Assembly: GCF_036365525.1 (NCBI RefSeq)
Contig: NC_090399.1
Location: 13,143,558 to 13,207,557, forward strand
DNA: 64,000 nt
From: Heterodontus francisci
Lineage: Eukaryota
Direction: 5' to 3'
In this document: in pieces, positions 37,490 to 52,589 of the stretch
How positions within the stretch are numbered: the first letter of the stretch is position 1
Layout of the letters: each line of letters begins with the position of its first letter
Notes under the pieces: generated by a model
The model's input: only the letters and a program-made list of their open reading frames with translations
Databases searched by the model: none
Told to the model about the DNA's origin: nothing
Made by a program: the position numbers and the translations under genes

Positions 37490-38010
37490 TAGAAAATCAT
37501 ACAAAGTTTGAGGCACAGAAAGAGGCCACTTGGCCCATCGTGTCTGCGCGGCTGTAAAACGGGTCACCCAGTCTAATCCCACCTTCCAGCATTTGGTCCG
37601 TAACCCTGCAGGTTATGGCACTTGAGGTGCACATCCAGACACCTTTTAAATGAGTTGAGGGTTTTTGCCTCTACTCCCCTAACAATGACTCCATCCCACT
37701 TTCTGGGTGAAAAGATTTTTCCTCGTTCCCCCCTATAAACTTTCTACCAATTACTTTAAATCAATGCGCCCTCGTCACTGACCTCTCCTAAGATGAATAG
37801 GCCCTTCACCTCCATTCTATCCAGGAACCTCACAATTTTGTACATTTCAATCAGATCTCCCCTCAGTCTTCTCTGTTCCAAGGAGAACAACCCCAGCCTA
37901 TCCAATCTTTCCTCACAGCAGCATTTTTCCAGTCCCGGCAACATCCTCATAAATCTCCTCTGTACCCTCTCTGGTGCAATTATATCCTTTCTGTAGTGAG
38001 GTGACCAGAA
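37490..38010 (-). mobile_element. CR1 3' fragment; continues at ~39577..39760 beyond the inserted LINE
   Basis: ORF 37756..37950 with LFSLEQRRLRGDLIEMYKI. Confidence 0.85.
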
Positions 38011-39576
38011 CCAGCTGATTCAATTCACTCCATGTGTTATCAAGAAATGGCTGAGGGCACTCGATACTGCAAAGGCTATAGGCCCTGACAATATTCTGGC
38101 AATAGTACTGAAGACCTGTGCTCCAGAACCTGCCGCGCCCTTAGCCAAGCTGTTCCAGTACAGCTGCAACACTGGCTGCAATGTGGAAAAATTCCCAGGT
38201 ATGTCCTGTACACAAAAAGCAGGACAAGTCCAACCTGGCCAATTACCGCCACATCAGCCTACTCTCAATTTTCAGTAACGTGATGGTAGGGGTCATCAAG
38301 CAGCACTTGCTTTGCAATAACCTGCTCAGTGATGCTCAGTTTGGGTTCCTCCAGGGCCACTCAGCTCATGACCTCATTACAGCCTTGGTTCAAACATGGA
38401 CAAAAGAGCTGAACTCAAGAGGTGAGCTGAGAGTTACTGTCCTTGACATCAAGGCAGCATTTGACCGTGTATGGCATCAAGGAGCCCGAGCAAAATGGAG
38501 TCAATTGGAATTGGGGGAAAACTCTCTGCTGGTTGGAGCTGTTCTATGGTCCTAAAGGAAGATGGTTGTGGTTATTGGAGTTCAATCATCTCAGCCCCAG
38601 GAGTTCCTCAGGGTAATGTCCTAGGCCCAACCATCTTCAGCTGCTTCATCAATGACATTCCCTCAAACATAAGGTCAGAAGTGGAGATGTTCACTGATGA
38701 TTGTACAATGTTCCGCACCCTTCGCGATTTCTCAGATGATGCAGCCTGTGTAGAAATGCAGAAAAACCTGGGCAACATTCAGGCTTGGGCTGATAAATGA
38801 CAAGTAGTATTCACACCATAAAATTGCCAGGCAATGTCCATCTCCAAGAAGAGAGAATCTCACTATCGCCCCTTGACATTCAATGGCATTGCGATCGCTG
38901 AATCCCCCAATACCAACATCCTGGGGGTTACCATTGACCTGAAACTGAACTGGAGTAGCTATATAAGCTACAAGAGCAGGTCAGAGGCTAGGTATCCTGC
39001 GGTAACTCACCTCCTGACTCCCCAGTGCCTGTCCACCATCTAAAAGGCACAAGTCAGGAGTGTGATGGAATACTCTCCATTTGCCTGGATGGGTGCAGCT
39101 CCAACAACACTCAAGAAGCTCGACAACATCCAGGACAAATCAGCCCGCTTGATTGGCACCTCATTCACCACCTTCAATATTCACTCCCTTCATCGACATA
39201 CGGTGGCAGCAGTGTGTACCATCTACAAGATGCACTGCAGCAATGCACCAAGGCTCCTTAGACAGCACCTTCCAAACCTGCGACCTCTACCAACTAGAAG
39301 GACAAGGGCAGCAGATGCATGGGAACACCACCACATGCAAGTTCCCCTCCAAGTCACACACCATCCTGACTTGGAACTATATCGCCGTTCCTTCACTGTC
39401 GCTGGGTCAAAATCCTGGAACTCCCTTCCGAACAGCACTGTGGGTGTACCTACCCCACATGGACTGCAGTGGTTCAAGAAGGCAGCTCACCGTCACCTTC
39501 TCAAGGGAAATTAGGGATGGGCAATAAATGCTGGCCTGGCCAGTGACGCCCACATCCATGAACAAATTAAAAAAAA
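38010..39576 (+). mobile_element. Second LINE family (CR1/L2-group RT), 5'-truncated, A-tailed
   Basis: NYRHISLLS, LDIKAAFDRVWHQG, GVPQGNVLGP and FTDD motifs; 3' end GGGCAATAAATGCTGG...A-run. Confidence 0.85.
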
Positions 39577-40309
39577 GGAACTGCGCACAGTACTCAAGTT
39601 GTGGCCTAACTAATGATTTATATAGTTCCAGTATAACCCCCCCCTGCTCTTATATTCTATACCTGGGCTAAGAAAGGAAAGGATTCCATATGCCTTCTTA
39701 ACCAGCTTATCGATCTGTCCTGCTACCTTCACTCCAAGGTCCCTCACTTCCTCTGCACACTTCCTTTAAAATCTTACACTCCTCCCCACAACATTTAGTT
39801 GCCTCAGGCAAGGTCATCAACAAAATTCTTTCTAACTGTAACTGTATTACGCAAACTCTCCCTGACCTCTTTCAAGGCACTGCCTGGTTATTCACTCTGT
39901 CCTCCTCTACCTTCTCTCTGTCATCCGCCTTCACTGGGTTGACCTCCCTTGGTTCCACTCCAATCCAATGTGTCCTACTGCAACCAGCACATCCCAAATA
40001 TCTTCCTCCTGGCTTGGCTAACCCAAGCTACATGACTACATGCTTTTTCTCATTGGCATCATCCTTTGACTTGTGTGTCAGCTTCCATGTTTATACCAAA
40101 GCCCATTCTCTAAGAATTGCTCCTTAGGTTCCATACCAACCCAGTCTGGCTGTTTGTTCATCCTGAATTTAATGCCATGTTCTATAATGCTTCGAACCCC
40201 ATTATATATGCACTTTCAGGGCTATCTATTCTTCCCTATTGTTTTAGGTCCTTCCTTTTCACTACTACTGTTGAAAGAAACCCTCATCTACACTTTTGTC
40301 AACTTGGTT

Positions 40310-40720
40310 TGTTGGTAGCAGCACTTTCACCTCTGAATCAAAAGGTTCAAACTCCACTCCTGAGGCTTAAGTGTACAATCTAAACCGAGGCTTCTGTGCA
40401 GTACAGGGGGAATGCTGCACTGTTGGTGCTGCCGTATTACAAATGAGATGTCAAACTGAAGAGCCGTCTGCCTGTTCAGGTGAATAGAAATGATCCCATG
40501 GCACTATTTGAAGAAAAGCAGGGGTATTCTCCTGGTGCCCTGGCCAACATATATCCCTCAGACAACATCAGCAGAATAGATTATTTTCTTAGTGTTTTGT
40601 AGGGTCTTCCTTTGTACAAATTGGCTGTTGTGCTTCTTTACTAAAATGGCAGTGACTTCACTTCTGTTCATTGGAATGCTCTATTGACATGATGGGACGA
40701 TGTAAATGCAAGTTCTGTCT
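40310..40720 (+). mobile_element. DeuSINE-like (SacSINE1-type) SINE
   Basis: Deu-like core GATCCCATGGCACTATTTGAAGAA...GCAGGGG..TTCTCCTGGTGCCCTGGCCAA. Confidence 0.65.
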
Positions 40721-41589
40721 TCCTTTCTTGTTACTTTCTGGGTTGGCTTTCACATCATTGTTTTTTATTTGTTCACAGAATGTGGGCGATGCCAGCAAAG
40801 CCACATTTTATTGCCCAACCCTAGTTCCTCTGAGATTGTGGCAAAGAGCCTTTCCTTGAACTGCACTAGTCCTTGTGATGATAGTGTTCCCTTGACAGTG
40901 TTAGTTGGGAAATTCCAGGATTTTGAACTAGTTATGATGAAGGAACAGTGGTGTATGTCCAATCAGGATGCTGCGTGACTTTGAAGGGAACAGGGAGGTG
41001 CTGATGTTCCCATCATATCAATAATTTATCCTATGGTACATCGCAGGGATGAGTGGTGCTGTTGGAGTAAGCTTGGCGAGTGGATGCTGTGTAAACTGTT
41101 GATAGTACAACAGTGATGTCTGCATTAGTTTTGAATGTCATTCCCAGAGGTGAAATTCCAATCCCTTCCGTTACCACTTAGCTATTGATCAGCCATGCAC
41201 TTACTGAATGGTGGAACAGACTCAAGGGGCTGAATGGCCTACTCCTGCTACTACTCCTTTGGTTCTCTTGATGTCATCAGTATCCAGATACTATCGATTT
41301 CAGTCTTGAACATGCTCAATGATTGAGTTTCCACAGTCCTCTGGGGTAGAGAATTCCACAGATACACCACCCTCTGAAGAAATTCCTCCTCACCTCTGTC
41401 TAAAATGGTCTGCCCCTTATTCTGAGATTAAGTCCCATGGTTCCAGTACAGGGGGAACCAGCCAGGGGGAATATCCTCTCTACATCCACCCTGTCATGCC
41501 CTGTAAGACTTTTGCAAGTTTCAACAAGATCATCTCTCATTCTTTGAAACTCTAACAAATACAGGCTCAGTTTCCTTCCTAGGGAAGGG

Positions 41590-43680
41590 CACTGACAAAA
41601 TTATTAGAACTGAAAGCTGACAAGTCCCCAGGTCCTGATGGGGCTTCATTCCAGGGTTATAAAAGAAGTGGCTGCTGAGATGGTGGGTGCACTGGTTTTA
41701 ATTTTCCAAAATTCCATAGATTCTGGAAAGGTCCCATCAGATTGAAAGACAGCAAATGTGACTCTGCTATTCAAGAAAGGAGGAAGACAGAAAGTAGGAA
41801 ACTACAGGCCAGTTAGATTAACATCTGTCATAGGAACAAATTCTGGAATCTATTGTTAAAGAGGTTATAGCAGGTCTTTTAGAAAATCACAATGCAATCA
41901 GGCAGAGTCAACATGGTTGTGTAAAAGGGAAATCATGTTTAACTAATTTGGAGAGGGTGCAGAGGAGATTCACCGGGATGTTGCCTGGGCTGGAGCATTT
42001 CAGCTATGAAGCGAGACTGGATAGGCCAGGGTATTTTCCTTAGAGCAGTGAAGGCTGAGGGGAGACCTGATTGAGGTATACAAAATTATGAGGGGCATAG
42101 ATAGGGTCGATAGGAATAAACTTTTTCCCTTAGCGGAGGTGTCAATAACCAGGGGGCACAGATTTAAGGTAAGGGGCAGGAGGTTTAGAGGGGATTTAAG
42201 GAAACATTTTTTCACCCAGAGGGTGGTTGGAATCTGGAACACACTGCCTGAAGAGGTGGTGGAGGCAGGAACCCTCACAACATTTAAGAAGTATCTAGAT
42301 GAGCAGTTGAAACGCCATAGCATACAAGGCTACGGGCCAAGTGCTCGAAAATGGGATTCGAATAGATAGGTGCTTGATGGCTGGCTTGGACACGATGGGC
42401 CGAATGGCCCGTTTCTGTACTGTACAACTCTATGACTCTAATTGAGTTATTTGAGGAAGTAACAAGCAACGTCGTTAAAGGGGAACCTGTAGATGTGGTG
42501 TACTTGATTTCCAGAAGGCATTTGACACGGTGCCACATCAAAGGTTACTGAACAAAATAAGAGCTCATGGTATAGGGGTAACACATTAGCATGGATAGAG
42601 GATTGGTTAGCTAACAGGAAACAGAGAGTAGGCATAAATGGGTTGTTTTCAGGTTGGCAAGCTGTAACTAGTGGAGTGCCAGAGATCAGTGCTGGGGCCT
42701 CAACTATTTACAATCTGCATCAATGACTTGGATGAAGAGACAGAATGTATGGTTGCTAAATTTGCTGATGACACAAAGATAGGTAGAAGAGTAAGTTGTG
42801 AAGCGGGCATAAAGAATCTGCAAAAGGATATAGATAGGTCAAGTGAGTGGGCAAAGATTTGGCAAATGGAGTATAATGTGGGAAAGTGTAAACTTGTCCA
42901 CTTTGGCAGGAAGAATAGAAAAGCAACTTATTATTTAAATAGAGAGAAATTGCAAAACTCTGAGATGCAGAGGGATCTGAATGTCCTTGTACATGAGACA
43001 CAAAAAGATAGAATGCAGGTACAGCAAGTGATTAAGAAGGCAAATGCAATGTTATCATTTATTGCACAAGGAATGGAATATAATAGAGATGTTTACAGTT
43101 GTATAGGGCATTGGTGAGATCACATCTAGAGTATTGTGTACAGTTTTGGTCTCCTTATTTAAGAAAGGATATAATTGCATTGGAAGCAGTTCAGAGAAGG
43201 TTCGCTCGACTGATTCCTGGGATGAGAGCGTTATCTTATGAGGAAAGGTTGGACAAGTTAGGTCGGTATTCATTGGAGTTTTGAAACATGAGACGTGATC
43301 TTACTGAAACATATAATATCCTGAGGGGACTTGACAGGGTGGATGTTGAAAGGATGTTTCCCTTTGTGGGAGAGACTAAAACTAAGGGGCACAGTTTAAA
43401 AATAAGGGGATCTCCCATTTAACACAGAGATGAGGAGGAATTTTTCTCTGAGGGTTGTGAGTCTGTGGAACTCTCTTCCCCGGAGAATGGTGGAGGCAGG
43501 GTCATTGAATGATTTTAAGGCAGAGGCAGACAGATTCTTAACAAGGGAATCAAAGAGTATTGGGGGTAGGCACGAGCGTGCAGTTTAGTTCACAAACAGT
43601 TCAGCCATGATGTTATAGAATGGCAGAACAGGCTCGAGGGGCTGAATAGCCTACTCCTGCTCCTAGTTCCTATGTAAGAA
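41590..43680 (+). mobile_element. Degraded CR1 ORF2 with a younger CR1 3' piece inserted at ~41950..42437
   Basis: [22 protein letters not shown] and FFTQRVVGIWNTLP remnants. Confidence 0.85.
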
Positions 43681-44698
43681 GCCATCAAGGGTGAAAATGG
43701 ACCTGATCAGGAACGTAAAACAGACAGAATTGGATTTAGCAGCCATTAGTCAACAGGCCATTTATTCAATTCCATTGAAGTCAATTGGGCAGGGTGCATA
43801 ACAGATGCAATATTACGTTCCATGTCCCATCCAGTTTCACCCCATTAAGTAGGTAAAAATGCTTGTAGTCCTGAGTGTGAGACAGGCTGGTGCTGCCGCC
43901 AATATGAATGGCAGCTCCTAGGAATCAGGAAACGAGGTATAGTTAGAACAAAGTTAGTCTCTTTCTTGATTAAAACAATTGGCAAAAGAACCAGAGGGGA
44001 GATGGAGACATTTTATAACACAGTAAGTTGTTTTCGTTTGCCCAAAAGGGCGATGAAAGCAGATTCAATAATAACTTTCAAAAGGGAATTGGAAAAATGC
44101 TAGAAGGGGCAAACATTGCAGGACTATGGGGAAAGAGTAGGGTACTGGAACTAATTTTAAAATTCATTCAAAGGGCTAACATAGCCATGATGGATCTAAT
44201 GGCCTCTTTCTTCATTGTGATGATGGATTCTCCTGTCACTTCAACAGACGAGTGTTCAGCAAGGGGACTGGTTATTCGTCATCTAGGTTGGTGTTTTCTC
44301 ATATGTGATGTTAAACCAAATCTTGATTTGCAGATCCCATTGCAAGTATTACATATGAAGTCACTTTGAAGGGATGGGTCTTAGAGAAGTGATGTGAGAA
44401 CCACTTGGTCTTTGTTTTGAAACAGAATCCATGTTCTCCACAAAACCTGTGGGTGAGCCTGCTGATTTCTTTTTAAATTGTGGGCGTCGCTGGCTAGGCC
44501 AGCAGTTGTTGCCCAAATGCTGAGCTTGCTTTTGCCAGGCGATGGGCAATTTCATCATCCAGCATGGTATTGTTGGAGAGAATACTCCCAAGATAGCAGA
44601 ACCTCTGATCTCAGTTGAGGGGTGTATTGTTGATTGTGATCATGGGGTCTTGGAGTTTGTGGCCCAGGGCAGGAACAAGATCTGTCTTTTTCAGAACT

Positions 44699-46137
44699 TA
44701 TGGGTTTCCGCCGGGTGCTCCGGTTTCCTCCCACAGCCAAAGACTTGCAGGTTGATAGGTAAATTGGCCATTGTAAATTGTCCCTAGTGTAGGTAGGCGG
44801 TAGGGGAAATTGAGGGAAGGTGGGGATGTGGTAGGAATATGGGATTAATGTAGGATTAGTATGAATGGACCCCTTTCCTATCCTGAGTGGCATGAAACAG
44901 GGCTGTGTTCTCGCACCTACACTGTTTGGGATCTTCTCCCAGCTGCTCTCACATGCGTTCAAGTCTTCAGAAGAAGGAATTTTCCTCCACACAATATCAG
45001 GTGGTTCAACCTTGCCCGTCTAAGAGCGAAGACCAAAGTACGGAAAGTCCTCATCAGGGAACTCCTCTTTGCTGACGATGCTGCATTAACATTTCACACT
45101 GAAGAGAGTCTGCAGAGTCTCATCAACAGGATTGCAGCTGCCTGCAACGAATTTGGCCTAACCATCAGCCTCAAGAAAACAAACATCATGGGACAGGACG
45201 TCAGAAATGCTCCATCCATCAATATTGGCGACCACGCTCTGGAAGTAGTTCAAGAGTTCACCTGCCTCGGCTCAACTATCACCAGTAACCTGTCTCTTGA
45301 TGCAGAAATCAACAAGTGTATGGGAAAGGCTTCCGCTGCTTTGCCCAGACTGGCCAAGAGAGTGTGGGAAAATGGCGCACTGACCCGGAACACAAAAGTC
45401 CGAGTGTATCAAGCCTGTGTCCTCAGTACCTTGCTCTACGGCAGCGAGGCCTGGACAACGTATGTCAGCCAAGAGCCAATTCATTCCATCTTCGCTGCCT
45501 CCGGGGAATCCTTGGCATCAGGTGGCAGGTCCGCATCTCCAACACAGTAGTCCTCGAGGCGGCCAACATCCCCAGCCTATACACACTGCTGAGTCAGCGG
45601 CGCTTGAGATGGCTTGGCCATGTGAGCCGCATGGAAGATGGCAGGATCCCCAAAGACACATTGTACAGCGAGCTCACCACTGGTATCAGACCTACCGGCC
45701 GTCCATGTCTCCACTTTAAAGACGTCTGCAAACGCGACATGAAGTCCTGTGACATTGATCACAAGTCGTGGGAGTCAGTTGCCAGCGATCGCCATAAAGG
45801 CGGGGCTAAAGAGTGGCGAGTCGAAGAGACTTAGCAGTTGGCAGGAAAAAAGACAGAAGCGCAAGGGGAGAGCCAACTGTGTAACAGCCCCGACAACCAA
45901 TTTTATCTGCAGCACCTGTGGAAGAGTCTGTCACTCTAGAATTGGCCTTTATAGCCACTCCAGGCGCCGCTTCACAAACCACTGACCACCTCCAGGCGCT
46001 TACCCATTGTCTGTCGAGACAAGGAGGCCAAAGAAGAAGAAAGAAGTATAAATGGGTGGTTGATGGTCGGCACAGACTTGGTGGGCCGAAGGGCCTGTTT
46101 CAGTGCTGTATCTCTAAATAAATAAATAAATAAATAC
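44699..46137 (+). mobile_element. HE1-like SINE split by an RTE insertion
   Basis: SINE body 44699..44868; tail resumes at 46045..46137. Confidence 0.8.
44869..46044 (+). mobile_element. RTE-clade LINE, 5'-truncated, with an 11-bp TSD
   Basis: LLFADDAAL and LLYGSEAWT motifs; (GAA)n tail; TSD AGTATGAATGG (44858) / AGTATAAATGG (46045). Confidence 0.9.
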
Positions 46138-46139
46138 AT

Positions 46140-46450
46140 ATTGTATGGCCAAAGCATCCCGAGGCTTGGGCAAAGCAGTCAACACGCAGCTGGATGTCCT
46201 CCGGAGTGTGTGCTATGAGAGCACAGTCGTCAGCAAACAAGTGTTCACTTATTAGCTGATCTTTGATCTTTGAGTGAACCTTGAGCCTTTGCAGATTGAA
46301 GAGGTTGCTGTCTGTCCTGAGCTGAATTTGTATTGCATGTCTAGCTCGTTGAGTGCATACAAGAGCATGGTGGAAAAGTAGATGGCAAACAGTACTGGAG
46401 CCATCACGCAGCCGATGTGCTCTATGATTATATAGTTGCAAAAGCGAAAT
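46140..46450 (-). mobile_element. Older RTE-clade fragment
   Basis: LFNLQRLK...HLFADDCALIAHT. Confidence 0.75.
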
Positions 46451-46629
46451 TGCACCTTCTGCTCATAGGCATGATCATCTTAATTGCACCAGGGTTGCCT
46501 TGCTTACTATCCCTTTCATAACTGCATCAGTCTTATTGATCACTTTGAAGTCCCCAAAGATCCCCACACTAGCATTGATTTAGTGAGGCATATCGGGGGA
46601 GGCGGGGGTGGCTTAACAGGGCTAGACCA

Positions 46630-46820
46630 AAACAAAAGCAAAGCACTGCCGACACTTTGGAAATCTGGATAAAAACAAAAAGTGCTGTCAATGCTCAGCA
46701 TATGGGGAGAGAGAAACAGAGTTAACGTTTCAGGTCTGAGGACAGGGTCATCGATCTGAAACGTTAACTCTGTTTCCCTCTCCAAAGATGCTGATTATTC
46801 ACAGCGTTTTCTGTTTCACT
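46630..46820. repeat. Inverted pair of Penelope-derived repeats with a hammerhead-like core on the + strand
   Basis: CTGAGGA (46736..46742)...GAAACGTTAACT, flanked by inverted GAGAAACAGAGTTAACGTTTCAG arms. Confidence 0.6.
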
Positions 46821-46909
46821 TATTATTCCAAAAAGTACTTTTCAAGCTCCAGCCATGTGCAGACCATGTGCTTGTGGTTTTCCTGAAACAGTGAACGATA
46901 CAGCGAGCG

Positions 46910-47037
46910 TTTCTGATTGGCCAATTGGTATCCATTGTTCTGAACTCATAATGGAGACTTTCAATTGATGCGCTTTGGACCAATAGGAATCCGTCACCCT
47001 CTGATCCCTCATTTGCATACGCCGAGCTATTAAATAA
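46910..47037 (+). promoter_or_regulatory. H2B promoter: CCAAT boxes, octamer, TATA-like
   Basis: ATTGGCCAATTGG ~46916..46928; CCAAT 46980; ATTTGCAT 47011..47018; TATTAAATAA 47028..47037. Confidence 0.85.
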
Positions 47038-47085
47038 GGCGTTCAATGAACCTTTCCTCACCACAAGCATTCTCGTTGATCAGGA

Positions 47086-47466
47086 ATGCCTGAAGCGGCG
47101 TCCAAGGGAATGGCTCCCAAAAAAGGGCCAAAGAAAGCAGCCACCAAGAAACGGGTCAAAGGTGAGAAGAAGCGGAGGAAGGCTCGGAAGCAAAGCTACA
47201 GCATCTACATCTACAAGGTGCTGAAGCAGGTCCACCCCGACACGGGCATCTCCTCTTCGGCCATGAGTGTCATCAACTCCTTCGTCAACGACATCTTCGA
47301 GCGCATCGCCTGCGAGGCTTCCCGCCTGATCCGCTACAGCAAACGGCAGACCATCTCTTCGCGTGAGATCCAGACCACCGTCCGCCTCCTGCTGCCGGGG
47401 GAACTGGCCAAGCACGCCGTCTCTGAGGGCACAAAGGCGGTCACCAAATACACCAGCTGCAAATAA
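47086..47466 (+). CDS. H2B: Histone H2B variant, 126 aa, two Cys
   Basis: H2B fold with ERIACEA and C-terminal YTSCK; octamer promoter and stem-loop. Confidence 0.96.
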   Translation: MPEAASKGMAPKKGPKKAATKKRVKGEKKRRKARKQSYSIYIYKVLKQVHPDTGISSSAMSVINSFVNDIFERIACEASRLIRYSKRQTISSREIQTTVRLLLPGELAKHAVSEGTKAVTKYTSCK

Positions 47467-47503
47467 AGCGTCTCAGTAGTCCACCTTAAAAACACAACCC
47501 AAA

Positions 47504-47519
47504 GGCTCTTTTCAGAGCC
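47504..47519 (+). terminator. Histone 3' stem-loop of H2B
   Basis: CCAAA-GGCTCTTTTCAGAGCC; purine-rich GAAGGGAG downstream. Confidence 0.95.
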
Positions 47520-47850
47520 GCTCACAATATCCAGAAGGGAGTGTTCCTCAGTTCTTGCTGATGACAATTAAGCGCCTCAAATCATGAAACTCGAATGATC
47601 TATCCCCCTTTCCTCGACAATCCGCGGGCTGGAGTCTGCCTTCATTTTACCGCAACTGTTATTAGCGCCTCATTTTCCCACTTCAGATGTTTTGTAATTA
47701 ATGTATTTTCGTGAACTTGCATTGTAATTCCTGATTTAATACACATGTATACATATATAAAAATACAAAATAATTAATCGTCACCGTCTCTTTTGTGCAA
47801 AACATTGATCTGAAAAAGCTCCAGTGAAATTAAATCTCCACAGGTGCTGA

Positions 47851-48660
<810 letters not shown>

Positions 48661-48698
48661 ATCTCAGCCTTTAGCTATATCCGAGTAACGAAACCAAA

Positions 48699-48714
48699 GG
48701 CTCTTTTAAGAGCC
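48699..48714 (+). terminator. Histone 3' stem-loop of H3
   Basis: CCAAA-GGCTCTTTTAAGAGCC; GAAAAAGCTG downstream element. Confidence 0.95.
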
Positions 48715-50229
48715 GCCAAATCCGTAGTTGAAAAAGCTGTAATACGGAAATAATTACACGTCAATATGCTGCTTAAAATTTAAAACACCGGAAACTAGGG
48801 TTATTGATTTAAAAAAACAAAGCATATTTAAGCACAAGTCACATATCCTGTCGTACTTGCGACAAGTTTCTCCATCCAATTACAATGTTCCTCAACCCCA
48901 CCATATTAGAAGTTATTAAATGTTTCCCCAACCCGCTCAGGCAGTACATTCCAGACCATAACTCGTTGCATTAAAGGAATTGTCAATTTCCCCTTTGTCC
49001 TATTGATGCAAGGAAATTTCAAAAAATAAATTTAGACCACGCAAATATCACGAGGAAATGACAGACATTCGGCCCCTTGTGCCAGTGATGGCTCCGAAAG
49101 AGTTTCACTTCCAATTCCCCGCCCTTTTCCCATATTTTCTAAACGTATTCGTGCAAGGACAAATCGCCATTGAATTTTACAGATTTTGAACAGAAGCTAT
49201 TCCTCTGAAAGCTGCCCACAATGTCCCCAATCCTTGTCATAGAGATATATATATATATGCATACACAATATTTCAAATATTTATCCTCTTAAAAACTTAT
49301 TTTTTCTTTCCTCCGCTGTTTCTGGCAGGACTTAACTTCAGAGGTTAAAGCAAATAAAAATCTCAAAACTGCGGATCCTGGAAATCTGAAATACAATCAG
49401 GAAAAAGCTCAACACACTCAGCAGGTTTGGCAACTTCTGTGGAGAGAGAAACAGAGACCTTTCTTCAAACAGAATTTAACGCCGAGGCAGACGGAGACCT
49501 GGTTTCTCCTATACAACTTTTCCAACAGTTTATTTAGGAGGGAGTGGGATATCTCAGCACGGTTCAGTATCTGGTGAAATTTGACCAACTGCCTAAAAAT
49601 ACTGAAACTTTTCCTGTGAATGGGATTTGACCCCACAACAGAGGAGAATAAAAATTCCTGAGTGCATGTTTAACATCAATTTGTCACAGTTCCAGCAAAC
49701 TCCATAAAAAAATCAACATTGCAAAAATGCATGCACAACAATCGGGGTTCTTTCCAAATTTTAGGAAATGGGAAATGCACCGGATATTACCGACACCCCT
49801 TGCGAAGCCGTTGTTGCCGCCAATTTTTAAAAATGCTGCACTTGACACAAAACATTGGAATTAGAAATTAAAATCTGCCCGCCGGGATTTAATGTTAACG
49901 GCTGTGGAAATCTGGACGGCAGAGGTGGGTGCAAACTTTCAAGGGCAATAATAACTAAGTGTGATTAGGAAAAATAGTTACTCAAAACATGAGTCTTTAA
50001 CTTCAGTGAAATATTTTGCATTTAGTTTGGTGCTTTATCCATATCCTGCAATCGTCCCAATTGTCCCCCGCCTGGTATCCTAACTTTCAGGCGATTGCTC
50101 TCTTTTGCCTGAAAGGTGTGGCAGGCAAATACAAAAAAAAACCCAGAAAATACTGGAAACATTCAACAGTTCAGGCAGCGTCTTTGGAGACAGAGAAAAA
50201 GATGATGCGGAGGAAAAGGGGCTGAATGG

Positions 50230-50715
50230 AAATCATTCTAAACTGGTTAGGATTCAGCTGGAGGATTGTGTTCAGTTCCGGGCACCACACTTCAGGGAAG
50301 ATGTCCACGCCTCGGAGGTGGTGCAGAAGAAATGTATTAGAATCGTAGCAGGAATAAGAGATTTCAGTTACCTGGAGAGACTGGAGGAGCAGAAATTAAG
50401 GGGAGACGTAATAGAGACATTCAAAATAATGATAGAGCAAGTTGGGAGAAATTGTTTCCTCGGGCAAATGGGCCGGCAACCTGAGGTCATAGATTTAAAA
50501 TAATTTAACAAATAAGGGAAGGAAAAATGAAACATTTCTTCACACAGAAATTTGTTAAGATCTAGAGCGCACGACATGAAAGGGTGATGGAATTAGATTC
50601 CAGAGGACATTTCAAAGGACAATTGGTTATGAAGCCTTTGCAGGGTTCTGGGGATATGGGACTGATTTGAAAGCTTTTTAAAGAGCCGGCATCCTCAACA
50701 TGGGCCGAATGAAGC
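50230..50715 (+). mobile_element. Degraded CR1 3' fragment
   Basis: LEDCVQFRAPH and LRGDVIETFKI. Confidence 0.75.
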
Positions 50716-51936
50716 TTGATTTTTGATGACGGAGGACACAATGCAGGCAAGTTGCTTTTCTCCAAACTAATTGTGAGGGGAAGGAGGGCGCACTGCTGGA
50801 TGAAATAGCGCAATTGTTTTGCACAATGGGAGCCGAAAGGGAAGACACAGAAATATGTCGTTTACATGCTTGCACGACATCCAACCGTTAACAGCAATCG
50901 GTTTGTGTGGGGAAAATTGCGGCACAACGAAGCGAGATGAAATAGGATGATGTGAAGTAGTAACACCAACATTGACCAGTTGGGCCGAATGGCCTTTGGC
51001 TATGTTTTAAAACTGTTGTGTATGTAATTTCCAGCGCTCGCAATTCGCCTTCAGATTCTCTCCCATTGCTCCAAGTACCTCCTCTGATTAGCTGGGCCTG
51101 ACTTAAATCTCGCCATTTGTACGTTTCCCCTCCCCCGGTCCAGCCAAACAGGTGCCAGAACTTCAAAATTAAACCAAAACTGTCGAGAGTTTTCCTAAAC
51201 CCTGGGGTCATATTTGTGACAATATTGCGTTTATAAAGTTTAAGGCCAGATTGTAAGATTTGCAAGGTTTACTTACATTATTAAACCCTTACATTCTATA
51301 CCACTAGACTTCAGGAGGCAATTTTTTCCCTTTATGAAATATATTTCCTTCCTCTTGTGTAAATCAGAGCCCAACAATATGTTTATGCAATGTCACTTGG
51401 AATTTGTTGAGAACTCATGGACAACTTTAATAAACTCAATCTTGAACATATTGTTTTTTTGGGCGGGAAATGGAAATATGTTCCCTCACTTGCTTTTTTT
51501 TTTAATTAACTCTGTCACAGGGCTGTCTGTTCATCACGATCCCTCCTTTGGTCCGCAACCTTTTCCTTACTCTATCAGCCGGTGGTGTTGGTCGAGGCCG
51601 GACCGCAGGCCGGTGCGGACAGAGTGAGGAGGGACAAACTACCCCATTGGATCGCTCCTTTAGTTAATTGGCCACGAATTCCGACGAACTTGTCTAAAAA
51701 CAATGAAATAGTTCACATCCGCTTAATTATTTTCTTCGCGTATTTTTCTCTATATTATCCAACCTAGAAAGTTTAGAACCTGCCATTTAATTTGGAATAA
51801 ATCGCAAAGGCCGAGAAGTCTTCTGACGAATCCCAGTCCCCCTAAACTACCCGATTGGATCTCCCAGAAATTTGTTCAAAATTCAATTCCGAATGTAAAA
51901 TACTCTGGATCAAAGTCTTTTTAGAAAAAGGTGGGT

Positions 51937-51952
51937 GGCTCTTAAAAGAGCC
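51937..51952 (-). terminator. Histone 3' stem-loop of H2A
   Basis: GGCTCTTTTAAGAGCC-ACCCA; AAAAAGAC downstream element. Confidence 0.95.
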
Positions 51953-51989
51953 TTTGTGGTTTGTTGAACTACTTTTGTGATCTCTTCCT

Positions 51990-52382
<393 letters not shown>

Positions 52383-52450
52383 TCAATCACTGCTACTAAA
52401 GCTCTTTCTTCTAAAACTCCAATGAACCAAACGCACCCCTCGCTTGACCT

Positions 52451-52586
52451 TTTATACCTTCTGGCAAGCTCGGAAGCGGTCCCTTCTCATTGGCTAATTA
52501 ACATGCCTTTGTTCCTGATTGGCCTTTAATTTAAAAAAAACTTTTAGCGAATAGGAATCGACGCCTGATCCATCCTTCATTAGCAT
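52451..52586. promoter_or_regulatory. H2A promoter retaining the H2B-facing half of a bidirectional promoter
   Basis: TATAAA (minus) 52451..52456; ATTGG 52489 and 52518; octamer variant ATTAGCAT 52579..52586. Confidence 0.7.
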
Positions 52587-52589
52587 AAT

